From Auanema rhodensis (taxonomy: Eukaryota > Animalia > Nematoda): a DNA stretch of 64,000 nucleotides. The position numbers and the translations under genes were made by a program. Below the pieces are notes generated by a model. It saw only the letters and a program-made list of their open reading frames with translations, had not been told where the DNA came from and made no database searches. The DNA lies in contig OZ059896.1 of NCBI GenBank assembly GCA_964057225.1, positions 4,030,001-4,094,000 of the forward strand, given 5' to 3'. This document shows positions 51,101 to 64,000 of this stretch, one piece after another; positions within the stretch are counted from its first letter, which is position 1; every line of letters begins with the position of its first letter.

Positions 51101-54100
51101 GACGCAGCTTAAAAATCCACATCGAATGCACTATACTACATTGGGAAACACTCAATACAAAAATTAGTTATGATCGTTTGAAAAATGATGCATTAGTGTA
51201 TGTTGAGTTTCCATGTACACTCAACATTGCTTCCAAAAACATTTTGACAAAAATTTTCCCGAAAAATTTCAAAATAATTTCACAAAAAGTAGATGTTTTT
51301 AGATTCCTTTTTTCAAGACAAAGACGATGGACATTGTTATTCAACAAAAAAATTAATTCTTCACGGTGAAAATCGAGGATATAAGTGTGAACCTATATCA
51401 GTTGATATCTCGGTGCATTTTCAAGCTAGCGCAAATCTGATAACACAGATCGACGCAGCTTAAAAATCGGCATCGAATGCACTATACTACATTAAGAAAA
51501 GCTTAATACAAAAATTAGTTATGATCGTTTGAAAAATGATGCATTAGTGTATGTTGAGTTTCCATGTACACTCAACATTGCTTCCAAAAACATTTTGACA
51601 AAAATTTTCCCGAAAAATTTCAAAATAATTTCACAAAAAGTAGATGTTTTTAGATTCCTTTTTTCAAGACAAAGACGATGGACATTATTATTCAACAAAA
51701 AATTAATTCTTCAGGGTGAAAATCGAGGATATAAGTGTGAACTTATATCAGTTGATATCTCGGTGCATTTTTAAGCTAGCGCAAATCTGATAACACAGAT
51801 CGACGCAGCTTAAAAATCCGCATCGAATGCACTATACTACATTAAGAAAAGCTTAATACAAAAATTAGTTATGATCGTTTGAAAAATGATGCATTAGTGT
51901 ATGTTGAGTTTCCATGTACACTCAACATTGCTTCCAAAAACATTTTGACAAAAATTTTCCCAAAAAATTTCAAAATAATTTCACAAAAAGTAGATGTTTT
52001 TAGATTCCTTTTTTCAAGACAAAGACGATGGACATTGTTATTCAACAAAAAAATTAATTCTTCACGGTGAAAATCGAGGATATAAGTGTGAACCTATATC
52101 AGTTGATATCTCGGTGCATTTTCAAGCTAGCGCAAATCTGATAACACAGATCGACGCAGCTTAAAAATCCGCATCGAATGCACTATACTACATTAAGAAA
52201 AGCTTAATACAAAAATTAGTTATGATCGTTTGAAAAATGATGCATTAGTGTATGTTCAGTTTCCATGTACACTCAACATTGCTTCCAAAAACATTTTGAC
52301 AAAAATTTTCCCGAAAAATTTCAAAATAATTTCACAAAAAGTAGATGTTTTTAGATTCCTTTTTTCAAGACAAAGACGATGGACATTGTTATTCAACAAA
52401 AAAATTAATTCTTCAGGGTGAAAATCGAGGAAATAAGTGTGAACTTATATCAGTTGATATCTCGGTGCATTTTTAAGCTAGCGCAAATCTGATAACACAG
52501 ATCGACGCAGCTTAAAAATCCACATCGAATGCACTATACTACATTGGGAAACACTCAATACAAAAATTAGTTATGATCGTTTGAAAAATGATGCATTAGT
52601 GTATGTTGAGTTTCCATGTACACTCAACATTGCTTCCAAAAACATTTTGACAAAAATTTTCCCGAAAAATTTCAAAATAATTTCACAAAAAGTAGATGTT
52701 TTTAGATTCCTTTTTTCAAGACAAAGACGATGGACATTGTTATTCAACAAAAAAATTAATTCTTCACGGTGAAAATCGAGGATATAAGTGTGAACCTATA
52801 TCAGTTGATATCTCGGTGCATTTTCAAGCTAGCGCAAATCTGATAACACAGATCGACGCAGCTTAAAAATCCGCATCGAATGCACTATACTACATTAAGA
52901 AAAGCTTAATACAAAAATTAGTTATGATCGTTTGAAAAATGATGCATTAGTGTATGTTGAGTTTCCATGTACACTCAACATTGCTTCCAAAAACATTTTG
53001 ACAAAAATTTTCCCGAAAAATTTCAAAATAATTTCACAAAAAGTAGATGTTTTCAGATTCCTTTTTTCAAGACAAAGACGATGGACATTATTATTCAACA
53101 AAAAATTAATTCTTCAGGGTGAAAATCAAGGATATAAGTGTGAACTTATATCAGTTGATATCTCGGTGCATTTTTAAGCTAGCGCAAATCTGATAACACA
53201 GATCGACGCAGCTTAAAAATCCGCATCGAATGCACTATACTACATTAAGAAAAGCTTAATACAAAAATTAGTTATGATCGTTTGAAAAATGATGCATTAG
53301 TGTATGTTGAGTTTCCATGTACACTCAACATTGCTTCCAAAAACATTTTGACAAAAATTTTCCCGAAAAATTTCAAAATAATTTCACAAAAAGTAGATGT
53401 TTTTAGATTCCTTTTTTCAAGACAAAGACGATGGACATTGTTATTCAACAAAAAAATTAATTCTTCACGGTGAAAATCGAGGATATAAGTGTGAACCTAT
53501 ATCAGTTGATATCTCGGTGCATTTTCAAGCTAGCGCAAATCTGATAACACAGATCGACGCAGCTTAAAAATCCGCATCGAATGCACTATACTACATTAAG
53601 AAAAGCTTAATACAAAAATTAGTTATGATCGTTTGAAAAATGATGCATTAGTGTATGTTGAGTTTCCATGTACACTCAACATTGCTTCCAAAAACATTTT
53701 GACAAAAATTTTCCCGAAAAATTTCAAAATAATTTCACAAAAAGTAGATGTTTTTAGATTCCTTTTTTCAAGACAAAGACGATGGACATTGTTATTCAAC
53801 AAAAAAATTAATTCTTCACGGTGAAAATCGAGGATATAAGTGTGAACCTATATCAGTTGATATCTCGGTGCATTTTCAAGCTAGCGCAAATCTGATAACA
53901 CAGATCGACGCAGCTTAAAAATCCGCATCGAATGCACTATACTACATTAAGAAAAGCTTAATACAAAAATTAGTTATGATCGTTTGAAAAATGATGCATT
54001 AGTGTATGTTGAGTTTCCATGTACACTCAACATTGCTTCCAAAAACATTTTGACAAAAATTTTCCCGAAAAATTTCAAAATAATTTCACAAAAAGTAGAT

Positions 54101-57100
54101 GTTTTTAGATTCCTTTTTTCAAGACAAAGACGATGGACATTGTTATTCAACAAAAAAATTAATTCTTCAGGGTGAAAATCGAGGATATAAGTGTGAACTT
54201 ATATCAGTTGATATCTCGGTGCATTTTTAAGCTAGCGCAAATCTGATAACACAGATCGACGCAGCTTAAAAATCCACATCGAATGCACTATACTACATTG
54301 GGAAACACTCAATACAAAAATTAGTTATGATCGTTTGAAAAATGATGCATTAGTGTATGTTGAGTTTCCATGTACACTCAACATTGCTTCCAAAAACATT
54401 TTGACAAAAATTTTCCCGAAAAATTTCAAAATAATTTCACAAAAAGTAGATGTTTTTAGATTCCTTTTTTCAAGACAAAGACGATGGACATTGTTATTCA
54501 ACAAAAAAATTAATTCTTCACGGTGAAAATCGAGGATATAAGTGTGAACCTATATCAGTTGATATCTCGGTGCATTTTCAAGCTAGCGCAAATCTGATAA
54601 CACAGATCGACGCAGCTTAAAAATCGGCATCGAATGCACTATACTACATTAAGAAAAGCTTAATACAAAAATTAGTTATGATCGTTTGAAAAATGATGCA
54701 TTAGTGTATGTTGAGTTTCCATGTACACTCAACATTGCTTCCAAAAACATTTTGACAAAAATTTTCCCGAAAAATTTCAAAATAATTTCACAAAAAGTAG
54801 ATGTTTTTAGATTCCTTTTTTCAAGACAAAGACGATGGACATTATTATTCAACAAAAAATTAATTCTTCAGGGTGAAAATCGAGGATATAAGTGTGAACT
54901 TATATCAGTTGATATCTCGGTGCATTTTTAAGCTAGCGCAAATCTGATAACACAGATCGACGCAGCTTAAAAATCCGCATCGAATGCACTATACTACATT
55001 AAGAAAAGCTTAATACAAAAATTAGTTATGATCGTTTGAAAAATGATGCATTAGTGTATGTTGAGTTTCCATGTACACTCAACATTGCTTCCAAAAACAT
55101 TTTGACAAAAATTTTCCCGAAAAATTTCAAAATAATTTCACAAAAAGTAGATGTTTTTAGATTCCTTTTTTCAAGACAAAGACGATGGACATTGTTATTC
55201 AACAAAAAAATTAATTCTTCAGGGTGAAAATCGAGGATATAAGTGTGAACTTATATCAGTTGATATCTCGGTGCATTTTTAAGCTAGCGCAAATCTGATA
55301 ACACAGATCGACGCAGCTTAAAAATCCACATCGAATGCACTATACTACATTGGGAAACACTCAATACAAAAATTAGTTATGATCGTTTGAAAAATGATGC
55401 ATTAGTGTATGTTGAGTTTCCATGTACACTCAACATTGCTTCCAAAAACATTTTGACAAAAATTTTCCCGAAAAATTTCAGAATAATTTCACAAAAAGTA
55501 GATGTTTTTAGATTCTTTTTTTCAAGACAAAGACGATGGACATTGTTATTCAACAAAAAAATTAATTCTTCACGGTGAAAATCGAGGATATAAGTGTGAA
55601 CCTATATCAGTTGATATCTCGGTGCATTTTCAAGCTAGCGCAAATCTGATAACACAGATCGACGCAGCTTAAAAATCCGCATCGAATGCACTATACTACA
55701 TTAAGAAAAGCTTAATACAAAAATTAGTTATGATCGTTTGAAAAATGATGCATTAGTGTATGTTGAGTTTCCATGTACACTCAACATTGCTTCCAAAAAC
55801 ATTTTGACAAAAATTTTCCCGAAAAATTTCAAAATAATTTCACAAAAAGTAGATGTTTTTAGATTCCTTTTTTCAAGACAAAGACGATGGACATTGTTAT
55901 TCAACAAAAAATTAATTCTTCAGGGTGAAAATCGAGGATATAAGTGTGAACTTATATCAGTTGATATCTCGGTGCATTTTTAAGCTAGCGCAAATCTGAT
56001 AACACAGATCGACGCAGCTTAAAAATCCGCATCGAATGCACTATACTACATTAAGAAAAGCTTAATACAAAAATTAGTTATGATCGTTTGAAAAATGATG
56101 CATTAGTGTATGTTGAGTTTCCATGTACACTCAACATTGCTTCCAAAAACATTTTGACAAAAATTTTCCCGAAAAATTTCAAAATAATTTCACAAAAAGT
56201 AGATGTTTTTAGATTCCTTTTTTCAAGACAAAGACGATGGACATTGTTATTCAACAAAAAAATTAATTCTTCAGGGTGAAAATCGAGGATATAAGTGTGA
56301 ACTTATATCAGTTGATATCTCGGTGCATTTTTAAGCTAGCGCAAATCTGATAACACAGATCGACGCAGCTTAAAAATCCACATCGAATGCACTATACTAC
56401 ATTGGGAAACACTCAATACAAAAATTAGTTATGATCGTTTGAAAAATGATGCATTAGTGTATGTTGAGTTTCCATGTACACTCAACATTGCTTCCAAAAA
56501 CATTTTGACAAAAATTTTCCCGAAAAATTTCAAAATAATTTCACAAAAAGTAGATGTTTTTAGATTCTTTTTTTCAAGACAAAGACGATGGACATTGTTA
56601 TTCAACAAAAAAATTAATTCTTCACGGTGAAAATCGAGGATATAAGTGTGAACCTATATCAGTTGATATCTCGGTGCATTTTCAAGCTAGCGCAAATCTG
56701 ATAACACAGATCGACGCAGCTTAAAAATCCGCATCGAATGCACTATACTACATTAAGAAAAGCTTAATACAAAAATTAGTTATGATCGTTTGAAAAATGA
56801 TGCATTAGTGTATGTTGAGTTTCCATGTACACTCAACATTGCTTCCAAAAACATTTTGACAAAAATTTTCCCGAAAAATTTCAAAATAATTTCACAAAAA
56901 GTAGATGTTTTTAGATTCCTTTTTTCAAGACAAAGACGATGGACATTGTTATTCAACAAAAAAATTAATTCTTCACGGTGAAAATCGAGGATATAAGTGT
57001 GAACCTATATCAGTTGATATCTCGGTGCATTTTCAAGCTAGCGCAAATCTGATAACACAGATCGACGCAGCTTAAAAATCCACATCGAATGCACTATACT

Positions 57101-60100
57101 ACATTGGGAAACACTCAATACAAAAATTAGTTATGATCGTTTGAAAAAGGATGCATTAGTGTATGTTGAGTTTCCATGTACACTCAACATTGCTTCCAAA
57201 AACATTTTGACAAAAATTTTCCCGAAAAATTTCAAAATAATTTCACAAAAAGTAGATGTTTTTAGATTCCTTTTTTCAAGACAAAGACGATGGACATTGT
57301 TATTCAACAAAAAAATTAATTCTTCACGGTGAAAATCGAGGATATAAGTGTGAACCTATATCAGTTGATATCTCGGTGCATTTTCAAGCTAGCGCAAATC
57401 TGATAACACAGATCGACGCAGCTTAAAAATCCGCATCGAATGCACTATACTACATTAAGAAAAGCTTAATACAAAAATTAGTTATGATCGTTTGAAAAAG
57501 GATGCATTAGTGTATGTTGAGTTTCCATGTACACTCAACATTGCTTCCAAAAACATTTTGACAAAAATTTTCCCGAAAAATTTCAAAATAATTTCACAAA
57601 AAGTAGATGTTTTTAGATTCCTTTTTTCAAGACAAAGACGATGGACATTGTTATTCAACAAAAAAATTAATTCTTCAGGGTGAAAATCGAGGATATAAGT
57701 GTGAACTTATATCAGTTGATATCTCGGTGCATTTTTAAGCTAGCGCAAATCTGATAACACAGATCGACGCAGCTTAAAAATCCGCATCGAATGCACTATA
57801 CTACATTAAGAAAAGCTTAATACAAAAATTAGTTATGATCGTTTGAAAAATGATGCATTAGTGTATGTTGAGTTTCCATGTACACTCAACATTGCTTCCA
57901 AAAACATTTTGACAAAAATTTTCCCGAAAAATTTCAAAATAATTTCACAAAAAGTAGATGTTTTTAGATTCCTTTTTTCAAGACAAAGACGATGGACATT
58001 GTTATTCAACAAAAAAATTAATTCTTCACGGTGAAAATCGAGGATATAAGTGTGAACCTTTATCAGTTGATATCTCGGTGCATTTTCAAGCTAGCGCAAA
58101 TCTGATAACACAGATCGACGCAGCTTAAAAATCCGCATCGAATGCACTATACTACATTAAGAAAAGCTTAATACAAAAATTAGTTATGATCGTTTGAAAA
58201 ATGATGCATTAGTGTATGTTGAGTTTCCATGTACACTCAACATTGCTTCCAAAAACATTTTGACAAAAATTTTCCCGAAAAATTTCAAAATAATTTCACA
58301 AAAAGTAGATGTTTTTAGATTCCTTTTTTCAAGACAAAGACGATGGACATTGTTATTCAACAAAAAAATTAATTCTTCAGGGTGAAAATCGAGGATATAA
58401 GTGTGAACTTATATCAGTTGATATCTCGGTGCATTTTTAAGCTAGCGCAAATCTGATAACACAGATCGACGCAGCTTAAAAATCCGCATCGAATGCACTA
58501 TACTACATTAAGAAAAGCTTAATACAAAAATTAGTTATGATCGTTTGAAAAATGATGCATTAGTGTATGTTGAGTTTCCATGTACACTCAACATTGCTTC
58601 CAAAAACATTTTGACAAAAATTTTCCCGAAAAATTTCAAAATAATTTCACAAAAAGTAGATGTTTTTAGATTTCTTTTTTCAAGACAAAGACGATGGACA
58701 TTGTTATTCAACAAAAAAATTAATTCTTCAGGGTGAAAATCGAGGATATAAGTGTGAACTTATATCAGTTGATATCTCGGTGCATTTTTAAGCTAGCGCA
58801 AATCTGATAACACAGATCGACGCAGCTTAAAAATCCGCATCGAATGCACTATACTACATTAAGAAAAGCTTAATACAAAAATTAGTTATGATCGTTTGAA
58901 AAATGATGCATTAGTGTATGTTGAGTTTCCATGTACACTCAACATTGCTTCCAAAAACATTTTGACAAAAATTTTCCCGAAAAATTTCAAAATAATTTCA
59001 CAAAAAGTAGATGTTTTTAGATTTCTTTTTTCAAGACAAAGACGATGGACATTGTTATTCAACAAAAAAATTAATTCTTCAGGGTGAAAATCGAGGATAT
59101 AAGTGTGAACTTATATCAGTTGATATCTCGGTGCATTTTTAAGCTAGCGCAAATCTGATAACACAGATCGACGCAGCTTAAAAATCCGCATCGAATGCAC
59201 TATACTACATTAAGAAAAGCTTAATACAAAAATTAGTTATGATCGTTTGAAAAATGATGCATTAGTGTATGTTGAGTTTCCATGTACACTCAACATTGCT
59301 TCCAAAAACATTTTGACAAAAATTTTCCCGAAAAATTTCAAAACAATTTCACAAAAAGTAGATGTTTTTAGATTTCTTTTTTCAAGACAAAGACGATGGA
59401 CATTGTTATTCAACAAAAAAATTAATTCTTCAGGGTGAAAATCGAGGATATAAGTGTGAACTTATATCAGTTGATATCTCGGTGCATTTTTAAGCTAGCG
59501 CAAATCTGATAACACAGATCGACGCAGCTTAAAAATCCACATCGAATGCACTATACTACATTGGGAAACACTCAATACAAACATTAGTTATGATCGTTTG
59601 AAAAATGATGCATTAGTGTATGTTGAGTTTCCATGTACACTCAACATTGCTTCCAAAAACATTTTGACAAAAATTTTCCCGAAAAATTTCAAAATAATTT
59701 CACAAAAAGTAGATGTTTTTAGATTCCTTTTTTCAAGACAAAGACGATGGACATTGTTATTCAACAAAAAAATTAATTCTTCAGGGTGAAAATCGAGGAT
59801 ATAAGTGTGAACTTATATCAGTTGATATCTCGGTGCATTTTTAAGCTAGCGCAAATCTGATAACACAGATCGACGCAGCTTAAAAATCCACATCGAATGC
59901 ACTATACTACATTGGGAAACACTCAATACAAACATTAGTTATGATCGTTTGAAAAATGATGCATTAGTGTATGTTGAGTTTCCATGTACACTCAACATTG
60001 CTTCCAAAAACATTTTGACAAAAATTTTCCCGAAAAATTTCAAAATAATTTCACAAAAAGTAGATGTTTTTAGATTCCTTTTTTCAAGACAAAGACGATG

Positions 60101-63100
60101 GACATTGTTATTCAACAAAAAAATTAATTCTTCAGGGTGAAAATCGAGGATATAAGTGTGAACCTATATCAGTTGATATCTCGGTGCATTTTCAAGCTAG
60201 CGCAAATCTGATAACACAGATCGACGCAGCTTAAAAATCCGCATCGAATGCACTATACTACATGGAGAAACGCTCAATACAAAAATTAGTTATGATCGTT
60301 TGAAAAATGATGCATTAGTGTATGTTGAGTTTCCATGTACACTCAACAATGCTTCCAAAAACATTTTGACAAAAATTTTCCCGAAAAATTTCAAAATAAT
60401 TTCACAAAAAGTAGATGTTTTTAGATTCCTTTTTTCAAGACAAAGACGATGGACATTGTTATTCAACAAAAAAATTAATTCTTCAGGGTGAAAATCGAGG
60501 ATATAAGTGTGAACTTATATCAGTTGATATCTCGGTGCATTTTTAAGCTAGCGCAAATCTGATAACACAGATCGACGCAGCTTAAAAATCCGCATCGAAT
60601 GCACTATACTACATTAAGAAAAGCTTAATACAAAAATTAGTTATGATCGTTTGAAAAATGATGCATTAGTGTATGTTGAGTTTCCATGTACACTCAACAT
60701 TGCTTCCAAAAACATTTTGACAAAAATTTTCCCGAAAAATTTCAAAATAATTTCACAAAAAGTAGATGTTTTTAGATTCCTTTTTTCAAGACAAAGACGA
60801 TGGACATTGTTATTCAACAAAAAAATTAATTCTTCACGGTGAAAATCGAGGATATAAGTGTGAACCTATATCAGTTGATATCTCGGTGCATTTTCAAGCT
60901 AGCGCAAATCTGATAACACAGATCGACGCAGCTTAAAAATCCACATCGAATGCACTATACTACATTGGGAAACACTCAATACAAAAATTAGTTATGATCG
61001 TTTGAAAAATGATGCATTAGTGTATGTTGAGTTTCCATGTACACTCAACATTGCTTCCAAAAACATTTTGACAAAAATTTTCCCGAAAAATTTCAAAATA
61101 ATTTCACAAAAAGTAGATGTTTTTAGATTCCTTTTTTCAAGACAAAGACGATGGACATTGTTATTCAACAAAAAAATTAATTCTTCACGGTGAAAATCGA
61201 GGATATAAGTGTGAACCTATATCAGTTGATATCTCGGTGCATTTTCAAGCTAGCGCAAATCTGATAACACAGATCGACGCAGCTTAAAAATCCGCATCGA
61301 ATGCACTATACTACATTAAGAAAAGCTTAATACAAAAATTTGTTATGATCGTTTGAAAAATGATGCATTAGTGTATGTTGAGTTTCCATGTACACTCAAC
61401 ATTGCTTCCAAAAACATTTTGACAAAAATTTTCCCGAAAAATTTCAAAATAATTTCACAAAAAGTAGATGTTTTTAGATTCCTTTTTTCAAGACAAGGAC
61501 GATGGACATTGTTATTCAACAAAAAAATTAATTCTTCAGGGTGAAAATCGAGGATATAAGTGTGAACTTATATCAGTTGATATCTCGGTGCATTTTTAAG
61601 CTAGCGCAAATCTGATAACACAGATCGACGCAGCTTAAAAATCCGCATCGAATGCACTATACTACATTAAGAAAAGCTTAATACAAAAATTAGTTATGAT
61701 CGTTTGAAAAATGATGCATTAGTGTATGTTGAGTTTCCATGTACACTCAACATTGCTTCCAAAAACATTTTGACAAAAATTTTCCCGAAAAATTTCAAAA
61801 TAATTTCACAAAAAGTAGATGTTTTTAGATTCCTTTTTTCAAGACAAAGACGATGGACATTGTTATTCAACAAAAAAATTAATTCTTCACGGTGAAAATC
61901 GAGGATATAAGTGTGAACCTATATCAGTTGATATCTCGGTGCATTTTCAAGCTAGCGCAAATCTGATAACACAGATCGACGCAGCTTAAAAATCCGCATC
62001 GAATGCACTATACTACATTAAGAAAAGCTTAATACAAAAATTAGTTATGATCGTTTGAAAAATGATGCATTAGTGTATGTTGAGTTTCCATGTACACTCA
62101 ACATTGCTTCCAAAAACATTTTGACAAAAATTTTCCCGAAAAATTTCAAAATAATTTCACAAAAAGTAGATGTTTTTAGATTTCTTTTTTCAAGACAAAG
62201 ACGATGGACATTGTTATTCAACAAAAAAATTAATTCTTCAGGGTGAAAATCGAGGATATAAGTGTGAACTTATATCAGTTGATATCTCGGTGCATTTTTA
62301 AGCTAGCGCAAATCTGATAACACAGATCGACGCAGCTTAAAAATCCACATCGAATGCACTATACTACATTGGGAAACACTCAATACAAACATTAGTTATG
62401 ATCGTTTGAAAAATGATGCATTAGTGTATGTTGAGTTTCCATGTACACTCAACATTGCTTCCAAAAACATTTTGACAAAAATTTTCCCGAAAAATTTCAA
62501 AATAATTTCACAAAAAGTAGATGTTTTTAGATTCCTTTTTTCAAGACAAAGACGATGGACATTGTTATTCAACAAAAAAATTAATTCTTCACGGTGAAAA
62601 TCGAGGATATAAGTGTGAACCTATATCAGTTGATATCTCGGTGCATTTTCAAGCTAGCGCAAATCTGATAACACAGATCGACGCAGCTTAAAAATCCGCA
62701 TCGAATGCACTATACTACATTAAGAAAAGCTTAATACAAAAATTTGTTATGATCGTTTGAAAAATGATGCATTAGTGTATGTTGAGTTTCCATGTACACT
62801 CAACATTGCTTCCAAAAACATTTTGACAAAAATTTTCCCGAAAAATTTCAAAATAATTTCACAAAAAGTAGATGTTTTTAGATTCCTTTTTTCAAGACAA
62901 AGACGATGGACATTGTTATTCAACAAAAAAATTAATTCTTCAGGGTGAAAATCGAGGATATAAGTGTGAACTTATATCAGTTGATATCTCGGTGCATTTT
63001 TAAGCTAGCGCAAATCTGATAACACAGATCGACGCAGCTTAAAAATCCACATCGAATGCACTATACTACATTGGGAAACACTCAATACAAACATTAGTTA

Positions 63101-64000
63101 TGATCGTTTGAAAAATGATGCATTAGTGTATGTTGAGTTTCCATGTACACTCAACATTGCTTCCAAAAACATTTTGACAAAAATTTTCCCGAAAAATTTC
63201 AAAATAATTTCACAAAAAGTAGATGTTTTTAGATTCCTTTTTTCAAGACAAAGACGATGGACATTGTTATTCAACAAAAAAATTAATTCTTCACGGTGAA
63301 AATCGAGGATATAAGTGTGAACCTATATCAGTTGATATCTCGGTGCATTTTCAAGCTAGCGCAAATCTGATAACACAGATCGACGCAGCTTAAAAATCCA
63401 CATCGAATGCACTATACTACATTGGGAAACACTCAATACAAAAATTTGTTATGATCGTTTGAAAAATGATGCATTAGTGTATGTTGAGTTTCCATGTACA
63501 CTCAACATTGCTTCCAAAAACATTTTGACAAAAATTTTCCCGAAAAATTTCAAAATAATTTCACAAAAAGTAGATGTTTTTAGATTCCTTTTTTCAAGAC
63601 AAAGACGATGGACATTGTTATTCAACAAAAAAATTAATTCTTCAGGGTGAAAATCGAGGATATAAGTGTGAACTTATATCAGTTGATATCTCGGTGCATT
63701 TTTAAGCTAGCGCAAATCTGATAACACAGATCGACGCAGCTTAAAAATCCGCATCGAATGCACTATACTACATTAAGAAAAGCTTAATACAAAAATTAGT
63801 TATGATCGTTTGAAAAATGATGCATTAGTGTATGTTGAGTTTCCATGTACACTCAACATTGCTTCCAAAAACATTTTGACAAAAATTTTCCCGAAAAATT
63901 TCAAAATAATTTCACAAAAAGTAGATGTTTTTAGATTCCTTTTTTCAAGACAAAGACGATGGACATTGTTATTCAACAAAAAAATTAATTCTTCAGGGTG
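33179..64000 (-). repeat. 351-bp tandem satellite, right array, inverted relative to the left (~88 monomers, continues beyond window end)
   Basis: Reverse complement of the left monomer. The ORF track shows a 351-bp period with occasional +/-1 bp. It is a distinct subfamily (e.g. CAAGACAAAGACG, TTTCCCGA, TTTCACAA, CTCAACATT). Confidence 0.98.

Noticed and set aside
33275-63650. About 84 tandem 63-aa/81-aa ORFs (MKNDALVYVEF...)
   Set aside because: These are a by-product of the satellite. They have a TTG start and no recognisable domain, the frame is closed by a TAG in most left-array monomers, and it is altered by A-tract indels.
1-64000. CRISPR array or other prokaryotic repeat system
   Set aside because: Monomers are contiguous with no unique spacers, there are no cas or other genes, and the histone signals indicate a eukaryote.

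Overview
This is AT-rich eukaryotic heterochromatin-like DNA with no intact protein-coding gene. Two arrays of a 351-bp satellite (1-17727, about 50 monomers; 33179-64000, about 88 monomers) face each other in opposite orientations and break at the same monomer position. Each is joined to an inverted copy of a ~0.94-kb cassette built from replication-dependent histone-gene parts. The cassette holds a histone 3' stem-loop of the C. elegans/nematode type (GGCCCTCTTTAGGGCC) 27 bp from the satellite end, a TATA box, the first 11 codons of histone H4 (MSERGKGGKGL, then a break and stop) and a 24-bp inverted repeat. A third, 5'-truncated cassette lies at 19856-20661. The ~13.6-kb core between the arms is a second, unrelated 179-184-bp satellite in alternating orientations. 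The overall layout is outer satellite > histone cassette > core satellite < histone cassette < outer satellite. All ORFs in the supplied track are judged spurious. Coordinates and variant calls were read by eye, and all functional interpretations are hypotheses.
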